Source: Candidatus Omnitrophota bacterium
Lineage (GTDB): Bacteria > Omnitrophota > Gorgyraeia > Zapsychrales > Zapsychraceae
Direction: 5' to 3'
DNA: 64,000 nt
Assembly (NCBI GenBank): GCA_003528115.1
Contig: DOGZ01000012.1
Span: 2,095 to 66,094 of the forward strand
Part shown: positions 29,647 to 40,176 of the stretch, one piece after another
Layout: the number at the start of each line of letters is the position of its first letter
Position numbering within the stretch: the stretch's first letter is position 1
The notes under the pieces: generated by a model
The model's database searches: none
What the model was told of the DNA's origin: nothing
Seen by the model: the letters and a program-made list of their open reading frames with translations, nothing else
Translations under genes and position numbers: made by a program

Positions 29647-30633
29647 TTACGTTTCATTATAAAAAATAATCTGGCTGCCGGAATTCTCAAATTGGAACTT
29701 CACTTCCAGCATGTTCTTGAACTTCTGTCTCACCTTTTCTTGAAACTCCGGCTTGACAAAAAATATAATGAAACCGCCGCCGCCGGCGCCTAATAATTTC
29801 CCGCCGGTAGCCCCCGCCTGAAGCGCCGCTTCATAAATTTGATCAATATCGACGCTGGATATCTTCGTCGTTAAAGAACGTTTAAGCTGCCACGACTCCT
29901 CCAACAACTTTCCAAAATCCTTTAAATCATGATTGCCGGATAAAATGTTCAAGGCCGCGTCCACCATCTGATACATCTGACGCAATTCATGGGTCTTGTG
30001 AGGGGTATTTTTAATCTGCTGCAGGGCGATCTCAGAGGCAATCCTTGAAAAACCCGTAAAATAGAGCATGATGTGTTTTTCTAAATCCAACAAACGTTCC
30101 TTAGAAATGATAATGGGTTCAACAAAGAAACCCCCGTCTTTTTTGAAGCTGATCTTATTAAAACCGCCAAAGGCCGCGGCAATTTGATCTTGCGACCCGA
30201 CATGCTCCTTTAAGATGTCCCTTTCAATATGGATGGATTCTTTGGCCAATTGCGACTTTGTGATCATCGATCCTTTAAGGGCGTACAAAGAATGCAAAAG
30301 GCCCACCGTGAATGAAGAACTCGAGCCTAATCCGGTGCGCGCCGGCAAGTCCCCGTCGTGATGCAGCTCAATTCCCTTTTGGATCTTCATATAATCCAGA
30401 CAGGCCCGCACGGCCGGATGCACAATCGTGTTGTTGTCTTTGGCCAATTCGACTTTTGAATAAACAATCCTGTGTTTATACTCAAAAAACGGGGGCAAAT
30501 AACGGCAGGTCAAATAACAATATTTATCGATCGTCGTTGACAACACCGCCCCTTCATTGGCTTCATACCAAACAGGGTAATCTGTGCCTCCCCCAAAAAA
30601 AGAAATACGAAACGGTGTACGGCTGATAATCAT
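29647..30633 (-). CDS. GHMP sugar kinase (HddA-like heptose-7-phosphate kinase)
   Basis: TPFRISFFGGGTD, PARTGLGSSS, GSQDQ, GGKLLGAGGGG. Confidence 0.88.
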   Translation of the reverse strand: MIISRTPFRISFFGGGTDYPVWYEANEGAVLSTTIDKYCYLTCRYLPPFFEYKHRIVYSKVELAKDNNTIVHPAVRACLDYMKIQKGIELHHDGDLPARTGLGSSSSFTVGLLHSLYALKGSMITKSQLAKESIHIERDILKEHVGSQDQIAAAFGGFNKISFKKDGGFFVEPIIISKERLLDLEKHIMLYFTGFSRIASEIALQQIKNTPHKTHELRQMYQMVDAALNILSGNHDLKDFGKLLEESWQLKRSLTTKISSVDIDQIYEAALQAGATGGKLLGAGGGGFIIFFVKPEFQEKVRQKFKNMLEVKFQFENSGSQIIFYNET

Positions 30634-30828
30634 ACGCTGTCCTCTTGAATGATCCTTTCCATTTCTCTATTCAAACAATCACGTCCTCAACCTTCTTGAG
30701 TAGGATAAAATCTGAGACCCAATGGAGATAATGTGAAAAAAGGCAACAGCCGCTGCGACATAATGAATCTGAATCACCCAAAAAAGAAAAACACTGACGG
30801 CAGTGAGGAAATTTTATAGAATATATCT

Positions 30829-33800
30829 TTAATGATTTGTGTTGATTAATTCCAAAGACCCCTCTATCTCCTGATTTAATTCATCCATGTTCTTGGAGCG
30901 ATCAGATATTTTCTGTTCAAGAAGCTTGTTTTTCTCCTGCCCGGCCTGAATCTGTTTCTTATAATCTTCTGTTGCCTCCTCGAGTTTACTCGTCAAGGCG
31001 TTAAGCCTCTTAATTTCATTCTCTAAAACGAATTGACTCTCTTTGATTCTTTGATCCAGAGTTTGTCGCGTTTCCTGATTCAAATTTTCCAGTTTGGCGA
31101 TTTTTTCCTGAAGAGGAATTTTTGCCGCCTCTACTTTATCCGACATGCTCAATTGCGCCCTCTTAAGCTCATCGGTCAGCGACTTCTTTTCTCCTTCTAA
31201 CTTCTCTAACCGCTGATTAAGATCGGCGCGTTCCTTATTGAGATTCTCCATCAATTGATTTCTTTCTTTTAATAATCGCTCCATGTTATTCACGCGTTCC
31301 TGCAAAACAACGAAGTCATTAGCCAGATTTATCTTAACTTGATCTGTTATTAGTAATTTATGTTGAAGATCCTTCTCGGATTTCTCAATATGGCTAATCA
31401 GTGAATCTTTGCTGTTGATCATTTCCTGCATCTGACCAACTTTTTCTTCCGCGCTCTTCAGAGAAGCCTCCAGGGGCATCTTGGCCTTAGCGACCCTCAA
31501 CCCAACGTTGGATTCCAGATCGGCCTTTTGGGTTTTCAAATCTTGAAGCTCCATTTCGATATTTTGCTTCCCTTGTGTTAAAACCTCTATCTCTTGGGCA
31601 AGTTTACCTTTCTCGCCGGCTAAACCGGCTGATTGAACGTCTTTCTGTTTAACGAGTTCTGAAGTCTCATGCAACTGTTGTTCCAATACCGTGATCTTTT
31701 CCTGCAAAGAGACTTTGACCATTTCAACTTTATTCTGCCAAACAACTTTGATACTCTTCAATTCATCAGATAATTCTGCAATACGATCATTTAAAGAAGC
31801 CCTTTCCTTTTGTGTCATGAGCAATTCATTCTTTAATCCGGTTTTCTCATCTTCCAACTGCTTAAACAATTGTTCTTTTTGATTTAAGACATTAACACGG
31901 CTCTGAACATTCTGCTCTAATTTCAACATCGCCTCTATCAGTGGCTGTTTTGCCTCGGCGATCTGAGCCGCGACAGAGCCTTTGAGGCTGCGCCAATTTC
32001 CTTGCAATATCTCGGCATTCTTTAACAAATCGAAATTTTTTGCCTGAAGATAACTGATATCTCTCTTTAAAGTGTCATTAACACCTAAAATTTCTTTGAG
32101 CTTGTTTTCGCTTTCTAAAACCAATCCTTGAATACTCTGTTTTTCTTCCTCTAATTGGGTGACACTTTGCCGCAGAGGTTCCTGAACCTCTTTTAATTCA
32201 AGCAGCCTTTGGTCCTGAAGTTCCTTCATTTGATTTTCTAAGCCGGATATCTTCTGATTTAACGGTTGTCGCGTCTCTTCAACCTTCTGATTCATCAGGG
32301 CTTCGGTGTTCTTGAGTTTGTCCGTCAATGAAACGATTGTTTTCTCAAAAGCGCTCTTCTCTGATAAAACCGCGTTATAATTTTTGCTAAGGATGTCCTT
32401 GTCCCCTTTCAGAGTTTGAATAAGAGCTTCTTGATCTTGCGCTAACTGCCGACTTTTTTGAAGTTCCCCCGCGCTCATCTGAAGTGTTTTTTCTAAAAGC
32501 TTTTGAGCTTCTGTAATTTTCTGAGTTATTGACGCGCGCAGGTTTTCCAACGCCTCTTCTTTCTCTTTCAATTGATCTTCCACGGTAACTTTTTCCCCCT
32601 TCAAGGCAACAGACACCTTGATTAAGGCCTCTCGCTCTTTCATGAGATCTTCCGCGTAAACAATTTTTTCTTTTAAGAGGCCTTCAGAGGCTCTTAATTT
32701 TTCTTCGAGAGATTTTATCACGTCTTGAAGGGGAGCCTTGGCTTCTGAAATCTTCGACGGAATTTCTGACTCGACGGCCTTTGAGCGCTCATCCAAAGCC
32801 CTAATATTACTTTGTAAAACGTCTTTTTCTTGATTAAGCGCAACGATCTGTTGGGTCAGAGTCTCTTTGTCTTTAAAAACGCCCGCCATGATCTTTTCAT
32901 TCTCACGGATAACATTTTCCTGGGTTTTGAGAGTGGCATTAAGATTTTGTATTTGATCCTTCAAAGGAGCTTGCGCCTTGGCAATCTCATCAGGAATAGA
33001 ATCCTCAACTTGCTTTGCCTTGGCTTTCCAATCTTCAAAACTTTTTGAAAGACCGGAACTGTCTTGCTGAATTGCCGCATATTGCTTTGTCAAATCCTCA
33101 TACTGTCCCTGGGCATCTCGTAACTGGTCGGCTTGATTTTTAAGAAGGGCATCTTTTTCCGCCAAAACTGTTTTCAGGGAGGCGTTCTCATTCTCCAATG
33201 AGGATTGGGCTGCCGCGATCTTAGTTGGAACGGATTTTTGGAGTTCATCCAATTGTGCCGTCCGACGCGTAATTTCTTGCTGCAAATCTTTGTTCTGATT
33301 CATGGCCTTTTCTAAATCGCCTTTTAAGGCCACATGCTTGCGGCCTAATTCTCCGACAGATTTCTCTTTTGATTTTATCGTCCCCTGGACATTGCTTAAA
33401 TTTTCCCTAAGGGTCTTGAGCTCATTCTGCAAAGGATTTTTCGCCGCCTCTATCTGTTGAGGGATATTCGATTCTGTTTGAAGCAAGGCATTCTTTAACG
33501 TTATTTTGTCATTCTCACTTTTTTTCAATTCAAGACTCAATAATTCTTTGGCTTGAATAAGTTCATTGATGGCTGTCTGTTTTGCCTGAACAAGATTTTC
33601 CGTATCTAATAACCGCTTTTCCAGAAATCGGACACTTTTCTCTAACGGCGCTTTTTTCTCGGCAATATGAACTTGGATCGACGCCTGGGTTTCCTTAAGT
33701 TTGTTCACGGAATCCGAAAGTTCAAGACTCAAATCCTCGCGTTCCTTTTGGATTTTCTCCAAATCACCGGACAATAACGCCTTGGCTTGAGACAATTCCA

Positions 33801-36800
33801 CATTCTCGGACTCCTTATTTTTTAAAGCCGCCTCTAAATTATCGCGCTGCGCTTCCAATTGAGTTATCTTGTTTTGAAGCGTCGTCTTGTTTTGATCCAT
33901 TTGTTGAGAAGCCGAGATCTCCTGCTGACGCAACGTTTCTCTAACCAATTTCAGTTCTTGCGTAAGATCGGCATTCCGGCTTGTTCTGTCGTTGAGATCC
34001 TGGCTCAATTGGACAAGGCGCTTCTGAAAATCATTGATTTGAGATTCTTTTTGGGCAATCGATTTTCCTGTCTCAGATAATCGCGCGTTTAAATCTGCGA
34101 TCTCCTTTCTCAGCGGCGATTGAATATCTTCCACCTGTTTGGCAAACGCGTCCTTTGTCTGACTCAATTGTGTCTGAATCGCCTCAAATTTACCGGCCAA
34201 AGCCCCTTGTTCCTCGTTTAAGCTCTTCAAGGCGTTATCCGCCGTCTTCTTTTCATTGGTCACCTTGGTTAATTGGCCCTGTCTGATGAGAAGATCTTCT
34301 TCAAGGGCATTAACCTTCTCCTTTAACATCTTGATGCTCTCTTCTAAAGGTTTCTTTTCTTCAAGAATGCGCTCTTGAAAAGAATTTTTCCTTTCCACGA
34401 CTTCTTCCTGCAATAAATTCTTTTCATTGAATAACTTCGTCTGCTCTTCCTGAAGGGCCTTCATATCCTTATCCAGTTTTCTCATCGCGTGATCTTTTTC
34501 AACCAGGAGTTGCGTGGACTCATTAAATTTAGCTTCTAACGATTGCAATTGTTTCTTCAGCGTGTTTTCAGCGTCGGCAACTTTTTGAGGCAATAACTCC
34601 TCCGCAATTTTTATTTTTTGCTTTAACCCGGTCATCTCCGTTTCCAGGCCGGCCTTTTGATTTTGTAAATTAACTAAGGACGCATTAAGGGTGCCCTGTT
34701 GGCTGTTAAGATTATTGATAAAGGCCTCCCTCTCATGCATCAGACCTTCCGTCTCATTTAATTTTTCGACCAAAGCGGAATTTTCTTTCTCCAAAGGCAG
34801 TCTTACGGCATTAATCTTATTCTTGACAGAGGCCTCTAATTCTTGCAAGTGACCTTCTAAATCCTTAATCTTATTTTCCAAAGGCGCTTTAACCTGAAGC
34901 AATTTTTCCTGCACAGCCGATTCAGAGGCCTGAATTTTACTCTTATAAATCTCGAGTTCAGCCGCCAAGGATTCTTTCTCCTGTCCGTTTTGGCTGAGTT
35001 CCCGTGCAATATCATCTTTTTCTCCGGAAAGCCGCTTGAATTGAACATCCTTTTCTTTGATACTACTTTCCAGTAATTGCAAATTCTTTTCTAACTCAAC
35101 GACCTTCTGCGCCAGTTGGGTCCTTGCCTTTTCGACCATGCCTGGAATTTCTCCTTGAGTTTCTTTCAATTTCAGGGTTGCCTGATCTAAGGCCAGACTC
35201 AGCCGATTCTTTACCTCCTCACTTTGACTAAGCTGTTGCGCCAGGCTTTCCTTCGTCGTCGATAACTGTTTTAAACTTGTCTCTTTTTCCTTAATCCCGT
35301 TCCCCAGCTCTTCAAGCTGTTTCTTTAATCCCGCGATCTCTTCGGCCAGCGGGCCCTTCGCCTTCTCGATCATCTCGGGTACAGACCCTTCAGTCTCTTT
35401 TAACTTCGCGGTTAATTGATCGAGTTCAACACTCAATCGTTGCTTTTCTTCTTCACTTTGCCCAAGCGTTTTGACGATCCCAGCCTTCTCTTGCGTCAAT
35501 TGATTTAAACTCGTCTCTTTCTCCTTTATCCCGTTCCCCAGCTCTTCAAGCTGTTTCTTTAATCCCGCGATCTCTTCGGCCAACGGGCCCTTCGCCTTCT
35601 CGATCATCCCAGGCACCGACCCCTGCGTCTCTTTTAACTTTGCGGTTAATTGATCGAGTTGCGCGCTCAGACGTTGCTTTTCTTCTTCGCTTTGCCCAAG
35701 CGTTTTGACGATCTCGGCCTTCTCTTGCGTCAATTGATTTAAACTCGTCTCTTTCTCCTTAATCCCGTTCCCCAGCTCTTCAAGCTGTTTCTTTAATCCC
35801 GCGAGCTCTTCAACCAACGGGCCCTTTGCCTTCTCGATCATCCCAGGCACCGACCCCTGCGTCTCTTTTAACTTTGCGGTTGATTGATCGAGTTCAACAC
35901 GCAACTGTTTTTTTTCTTCCTCGCTCCGGTTAAGTTGTTTTACTATGTCCGTTTTTTCTTTCTCTAATACGCTCAATATTCCTTCTTTTTGCTTTATGTC
36001 TTCCTGTAAACTTTTAAGAGTTGCCTGTAAAACATTGACCTGCTCGTTCCAAGAAGATTGAGACTTTGCCAATTCATCCGCTGATTCAGCCTCACTCATT
36101 TTCAACTTTTCTTTTAAAAAAATAATCTCTTGTTTCAAAGACTCTTGTTGGCTCCTCCCCTCATCGAGTTGAGTGAGGACATCAGCATGTTCTTTAGTCA
36201 ATTTGGCTAAATTAGCCGAATACAATTGAACGTCGTTTTCCGAAACCTTTAACTTTTCCGAAAAGGCCTGAATTTTATTTTCCAGAGGGAGCTTCGCATC
36301 AGCCGATTTCTTTACAAACTCTTCCTCTTTAATCCTCAACGTCTCGCGTAGCCCGGCAATTTCCTGGTTGAGGGAAAGCCGCTGTTTTTCGCTTTGTTGA
36401 AATTGAAGCCTAACTGAATCTCTTTCTTGGGCCAGTTGATCCAGGCTGGAATTTCTACCGGCAATTTCGACATCAGTCTTTTTTAATTTGTTTTCCAAAT
36501 CCCTTAATTTTTCCTCCAACCCCTTCGTGAGCTGATCGATTTTATCCGCGGCCCCTGACTTCTCAATGCCCAATTCCTTCTGTAAAGAGGCGATCTGTTC
36601 AATGAACAATTTCTTTTCATATTCCAAATTACCCAACTGTTTTCTTAAACCTGCTTTTTCTTGATTAATCTTTTCTAACTCCTCGCTCTTCTGTTTCAGC
36701 TCTGTTTGAACGGCCTCCACCTTTTCTTCCAAACTTTTAAGACGTTCCGTCAAAGGAGCTCTTTCCTTAGCCAGACGCTCCGGCATCTCGGCCTCAATGC

Positions 36801-39800
36801 CCTTTAACCGTTCCGCTAGACTGATGAGTTCTTTATTTATGACTTCCCGATTTTGTTCACTTTGTTTTAACTGACCCGCAAGGGACTGCTTATCTTGATT
36901 GAGGGTGTTTAACTCATCCGCCTTGGCCAAAACTGTTTGTCCGGCGGTATTTAATTGCTCACGCAGATGCTTAATTTCATCCTCCAGAGACGTCTTCGCC
37001 TGGGCTAGTTGGACAGTAAAATTTTCTTCATTAGTTTTCACTTTTGCTTTCGCGCCCGCCAACTCTTTAGAAATAGTTTCTTTCTCCTGCTTTGCTTGAT
37101 CGATTTGTTTAAGAATCCCCTCGTTTTGTTTTAATAATTTGTTTAACCCATCCTCTTTTTCCTGGACATGACCTTCGGCCGCTTTTAATTGTTCTTCCAT
37201 TGATTGAATCTTGGTCTCTAATAAGATCTTGGTGGTCGCCAGTTGATCCGACCATTGCTTTTCTTTTAGGCCGGCGTCATTCTTTAGACTGTCCATTTCA
37301 GCGCGGAGCGTTTTCTTTTCCTCTTCGCGTTGAGCCAATTGAAAGCTGATATCATTCTTTTCCTTATTCAAATTGTCTAAAACGGTCTTCTGGTCTTTAA
37401 CCGCGGAGTCTGTTGCCGCCATTTTTTTTTCCAATACAACTATTTGTTCCTTCAGGGTCGCCTTCACCTTTGAAACCTTGTCAAAGCCCTCTGATTCCAT
37501 CGTCCTCAATTTCTCTTTTAGAACCGAAACCTCTTGCTTCAAGAATTCTTTTTCTTTACTCGATTGCGTAAGTTTTTCTGCCAAGAAAATCTTCTCTTGC
37601 TCCATCTGCCATGTGGCCGACTTCATTTTCTCAATATCTTTGTCTTTTAGAACCAATTGATCATTCAATTGCTTGATGCTGGCTTCTAAAGGCGATTGAA
37701 CTTCCTGGATCTTTTGAGAAAATGTCTTTTCTGACTCATCGGCTTGCTTTTTTAAAAGGTCGAATTCTTTGCTTAACGTCTCTTGCTGAGCCTTTAAATC
37801 ATTTAATTCAACTTCAATAAAACCCTTTTCGCTGCTCAACTTTATGGCCAAATCATTTTTCTGTTTGATCTCAGTCTCTTTTTGCTGAAGGCCGGCTTGC
37901 AGATCGCCTATCTTATGTTCCATGGAAGCCTGAAGCGTTTTCATATCTTCCTTGTACGTCTTCTGCGCCTCATCGAATTGAACTCTTAAAACACCGATCT
38001 CTTTTTCTAAAGGAGCTCTGGCTTTGTCGATCCTTTCGGCCGCTTCCCTTTCGGTTGCCTGAAGTTGTTCAACCAGAGAAACAATGCGTTTTTCCAAATC
38101 GGATTTTTCAGACTGCGCATTTTTGAGCCGCTTATCGGTTTCCTCTTTCTTGACGGTAACATCTTTGATCGCGGCAGCTCTTTCATTAACCACACGCTCT
38201 TTCTCAAGAAGCTGACTTTCCAATAACTTTATTTTAGTTTCCAAAGGCGCCCTGCCGCCTTGAACTTTTTCATTAACACCCTTTTCGGCAGCGAGGATCT
38301 TATTTTGTAACACCTCTATCTGAACCTGGAATGGTTTTCCCGCATCTACAATTTCTTGAGATACCCGGGACTCATTTTTAGATAGTTCTTCTTTTGTAAC
38401 GGCAACTTGCAGCTCCAACGCTTCTTTATCTTTGACAATTTTATTTAAATCCCCTCTTAGCATTTCTTGCTCATTCTGGAGTTGATCAATAAGAAAATCC
38501 TTTTCTTTGATCTGTGTCGCCGTTGCCTGAACTTCTGTCCGCAGATCTTCCACCTTCTTCAATAACGGGGCCTTCTGCAACTCGACCTCGGCCTCATATT
38601 TCTTTTTGGCTTCTTGAATCGTTTGTTCTAACGTGAGAATTTTATTCTCCAGCGGTGACTTGGCCGCGGCTATTTTCTGAGTCAATGAATCTTCAACGTT
38701 TTTCAATTTCTGGTTTAATTGGGATAAATCATCGTTCAATTGCCCCTGCTTCCGAGTACTGGCCAAAAGATCATGATCCAGCTTGGTTTTTTCATGAGCC
38801 AAAGACACGATTTGATTTTCCTTGTCCTGGATAATGTCTTCCATGTCCCTCAACTTCTTCTTTAAATCATCCATCTCACCTTTTAATGCCGACACCTTCA
38901 AAACAACATTCTGCTGATAGGAGTTCTCCGCGGACGACAATTTCTCTTCAAGTGTTTTTATTTTTTCCTTCAAAGGGGCTTGAACCTCAACGATTTTCTT
39001 TTCATGCAGGGATTCCGCTTCTTTAAGCTTGTTTTTAAGGCCTTCCAACTGTTCGGCCAGTTGTTGGCTTTCCTTTTTAGAAAGCGAGAGCTCTCCCGAC
39101 AAAGAATCTTTTTCGCGTTTCAAATCCGTAGCGGCTGACTTTTGGGCCTGAACAACCTCCTGCATACTTTTAATTTTTTCTTCAAGGTCATGAACGCCCC
39201 GCTTATAATCCGCATTCTTTTCCTCAAGTTTTACTCGCGTCACTTCATCGCTTTTCCGTAATTTATCTTCCAAGTCTTTGATTTTTACCTCAAGTGGCGC
39301 CTTACTTTCTTTCACCAATTCATCTAGGGATTGCTTAGTCCCCTGGACTTTTTCCTTAATAGAGAGAAGCTCGCCTTCCAACTGTTCTTTTTTAGACAAA
39401 GCCTCGGCCAAATCCCGATGAACAGTTTGAAACTTTAAACTCAACTTTCTAAACTCATTTTCCTTCTCAATAATGAGGTCTTCGGAAAACTGCAACTTTT
39501 TCTCCAGGGAAAATATCTCATTCTTCAGAGGGATTTTCGCTTCTTCCATTTTATGAAAAAGTTCTGTTTGAGAAGCCTTGACTCTTTCATCCACACGGAC
39601 TTCCATTTGATCTAATTCTTTTTTCAATGATTCAATCTTTTGCTCTAAAGGAACTCTGGCCTCATGTAATTGAAATTGGAGACTTAATTCATTATCTTTG
39701 AGCCTGTCCCGAAATATCTTTAAATCATTCTGTAAAGAAATCTTTCCCTGCCGAATCGTCATCACTTGGTTGATGAGAGATTTCTTCTGAAGGGTCAATT

Positions 39801-40176
39801 CCTTAATCTTGGCCTCGTTTTCAAAGGAATACACATCCGTATGCTGCAGTTTCCACTGAAGAGACATGATCTCTTTTTCAAGAGACTCCTTTTTCTTAAT
39901 CATCTTATTAACCTCTTGGCGTAAATAATCCTTCTCGCTGATGAGATTCTCAATTTCAATCTCTTTGCTCTTCAGGATGCCTCCAAGATCTTCAAGAGAA
40001 TCTTCCGTTGAGGCCACTTGGGCGATAAGAATATCCTGCGGTTCCTGCCGTCTTCCATCGCGGAATTGCCCGTTCCCAGTATCGACAGCCCCCCAACTCC
40101 TCCCTGGGGAGAACGGAAAAGATAATAAAAAAATAAAACCTAAACTGACATAAAATAAACGTTGACTATTTTTCAT
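30829..40176 (-). CDS. Giant exported coiled-coil protein (3115 aa)
   Basis: N-terminal signal-like peptide, then about 3050 aa of E/K/L/Q-rich heptads with recurrent (K/R)xPLE motifs; no globular domain recognised. Confidence 0.88.
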   Translation of the reverse strand: MKNSQRLFYVSLGFIFLLSFPFSPGRSWGAVDTGNGQFRDGRRQEPQDILIAQVASTEDSLEDLGGILKSKEIEIENLISEKDYLRQEVNKMIKKKESLEKEIMSLQWKLQHTDVYSFENEAKIKELTLQKKSLINQVMTIRQGKISLQNDLKIFRDRLKDNELSLQFQLHEARVPLEQKIESLKKELDQMEVRVDERVKASQTELFHKMEEAKIPLKNEIFSLEKKLQFSEDLIIEKENEFRKLSLKFQTVHRDLAEALSKKEQLEGELLSIKEKVQGTKQSLDELVKESKAPLEVKIKDLEDKLRKSDEVTRVKLEEKNADYKRGVHDLEEKIKSMQEVVQAQKSAATDLKREKDSLSGELSLSKKESQQLAEQLEGLKNKLKEAESLHEKKIVEVQAPLKEKIKTLEEKLSSAENSYQQNVVLKVSALKGEMDDLKKKLRDMEDIIQDKENQIVSLAHEKTKLDHDLLASTRKQGQLNDDLSQLNQKLKNVEDSLTQKIAAAKSPLENKILTLEQTIQEAKKKYEAEVELQKAPLLKKVEDLRTEVQATATQIKEKDFLIDQLQNEQEMLRGDLNKIVKDKEALELQVAVTKEELSKNESRVSQEIVDAGKPFQVQIEVLQNKILAAEKGVNEKVQGGRAPLETKIKLLESQLLEKERVVNERAAAIKDVTVKKEETDKRLKNAQSEKSDLEKRIVSLVEQLQATEREAAERIDKARAPLEKEIGVLRVQFDEAQKTYKEDMKTLQASMEHKIGDLQAGLQQKETEIKQKNDLAIKLSSEKGFIEVELNDLKAQQETLSKEFDLLKKQADESEKTFSQKIQEVQSPLEASIKQLNDQLVLKDKDIEKMKSATWQMEQEKIFLAEKLTQSSKEKEFLKQEVSVLKEKLRTMESEGFDKVSKVKATLKEQIVVLEKKMAATDSAVKDQKTVLDNLNKEKNDISFQLAQREEEKKTLRAEMDSLKNDAGLKEKQWSDQLATTKILLETKIQSMEEQLKAAEGHVQEKEDGLNKLLKQNEGILKQIDQAKQEKETISKELAGAKAKVKTNEENFTVQLAQAKTSLEDEIKHLREQLNTAGQTVLAKADELNTLNQDKQSLAGQLKQSEQNREVINKELISLAERLKGIEAEMPERLAKERAPLTERLKSLEEKVEAVQTELKQKSEELEKINQEKAGLRKQLGNLEYEKKLFIEQIASLQKELGIEKSGAADKIDQLTKGLEEKLRDLENKLKKTDVEIAGRNSSLDQLAQERDSVRLQFQQSEKQRLSLNQEIAGLRETLRIKEEEFVKKSADAKLPLENKIQAFSEKLKVSENDVQLYSANLAKLTKEHADVLTQLDEGRSQQESLKQEIIFLKEKLKMSEAESADELAKSQSSWNEQVNVLQATLKSLQEDIKQKEGILSVLEKEKTDIVKQLNRSEEEKKQLRVELDQSTAKLKETQGSVPGMIEKAKGPLVEELAGLKKQLEELGNGIKEKETSLNQLTQEKAEIVKTLGQSEEEKQRLSAQLDQLTAKLKETQGSVPGMIEKAKGPLAEEIAGLKKQLEELGNGIKEKETSLNQLTQEKAGIVKTLGQSEEEKQRLSVELDQLTAKLKETEGSVPEMIEKAKGPLAEEIAGLKKQLEELGNGIKEKETSLKQLSTTKESLAQQLSQSEEVKNRLSLALDQATLKLKETQGEIPGMVEKARTQLAQKVVELEKNLQLLESSIKEKDVQFKRLSGEKDDIARELSQNGQEKESLAAELEIYKSKIQASESAVQEKLLQVKAPLENKIKDLEGHLQELEASVKNKINAVRLPLEKENSALVEKLNETEGLMHEREAFINNLNSQQGTLNASLVNLQNQKAGLETEMTGLKQKIKIAEELLPQKVADAENTLKKQLQSLEAKFNESTQLLVEKDHAMRKLDKDMKALQEEQTKLFNEKNLLQEEVVERKNSFQERILEEKKPLEESIKMLKEKVNALEEDLLIRQGQLTKVTNEKKTADNALKSLNEEQGALAGKFEAIQTQLSQTKDAFAKQVEDIQSPLRKEIADLNARLSETGKSIAQKESQINDFQKRLVQLSQDLNDRTSRNADLTQELKLVRETLRQQEISASQQMDQNKTTLQNKITQLEAQRDNLEAALKNKESENVELSQAKALLSGDLEKIQKEREDLSLELSDSVNKLKETQASIQVHIAEKKAPLEKSVRFLEKRLLDTENLVQAKQTAINELIQAKELLSLELKKSENDKITLKNALLQTESNIPQQIEAAKNPLQNELKTLRENLSNVQGTIKSKEKSVGELGRKHVALKGDLEKAMNQNKDLQQEITRRTAQLDELQKSVPTKIAAAQSSLENENASLKTVLAEKDALLKNQADQLRDAQGQYEDLTKQYAAIQQDSSGLSKSFEDWKAKAKQVEDSIPDEIAKAQAPLKDQIQNLNATLKTQENVIRENEKIMAGVFKDKETLTQQIVALNQEKDVLQSNIRALDERSKAVESEIPSKISEAKAPLQDVIKSLEEKLRASEGLLKEKIVYAEDLMKEREALIKVSVALKGEKVTVEDQLKEKEEALENLRASITQKITEAQKLLEKTLQMSAGELQKSRQLAQDQEALIQTLKGDKDILSKNYNAVLSEKSAFEKTIVSLTDKLKNTEALMNQKVEETRQPLNQKISGLENQMKELQDQRLLELKEVQEPLRQSVTQLEEEKQSIQGLVLESENKLKEILGVNDTLKRDISYLQAKNFDLLKNAEILQGNWRSLKGSVAAQIAEAKQPLIEAMLKLEQNVQSRVNVLNQKEQLFKQLEDEKTGLKNELLMTQKERASLNDRIAELSDELKSIKVVWQNKVEMVKVSLQEKITVLEQQLHETSELVKQKDVQSAGLAGEKGKLAQEIEVLTQGKQNIEMELQDLKTQKADLESNVGLRVAKAKMPLEASLKSAEEKVGQMQEMINSKDSLISHIEKSEKDLQHKLLITDQVKINLANDFVVLQERVNNMERLLKERNQLMENLNKERADLNQRLEKLEGEKKSLTDELKRAQLSMSDKVEAAKIPLQEKIAKLENLNQETRQTLDQRIKESQFVLENEIKRLNALTSKLEEATEDYKKQIQAGQEKNKLLEQKISDRSKNMDELNQEIEGSLELINTNH
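35269..35900. repeat. Near-identical 234-bp (78-aa) tandem repeat, about 2.7 copies
   Basis: CCCGTTCCCCAGCTCTTCAAGC recurs at 35296, 35530 and 35764. Confidence 0.93.

Noticed and set aside
30793-30808. CACTGACGGCAGTG as another copy of element A
   Set aside because: Too short to distinguish from chance
30829-40176. SMC protein or phage tape-measure annotation
   Set aside because: No Walker motifs or hinge, has a signal-like peptide, is E/K-rich rather than A/G-rich, and no phage genes are nearby
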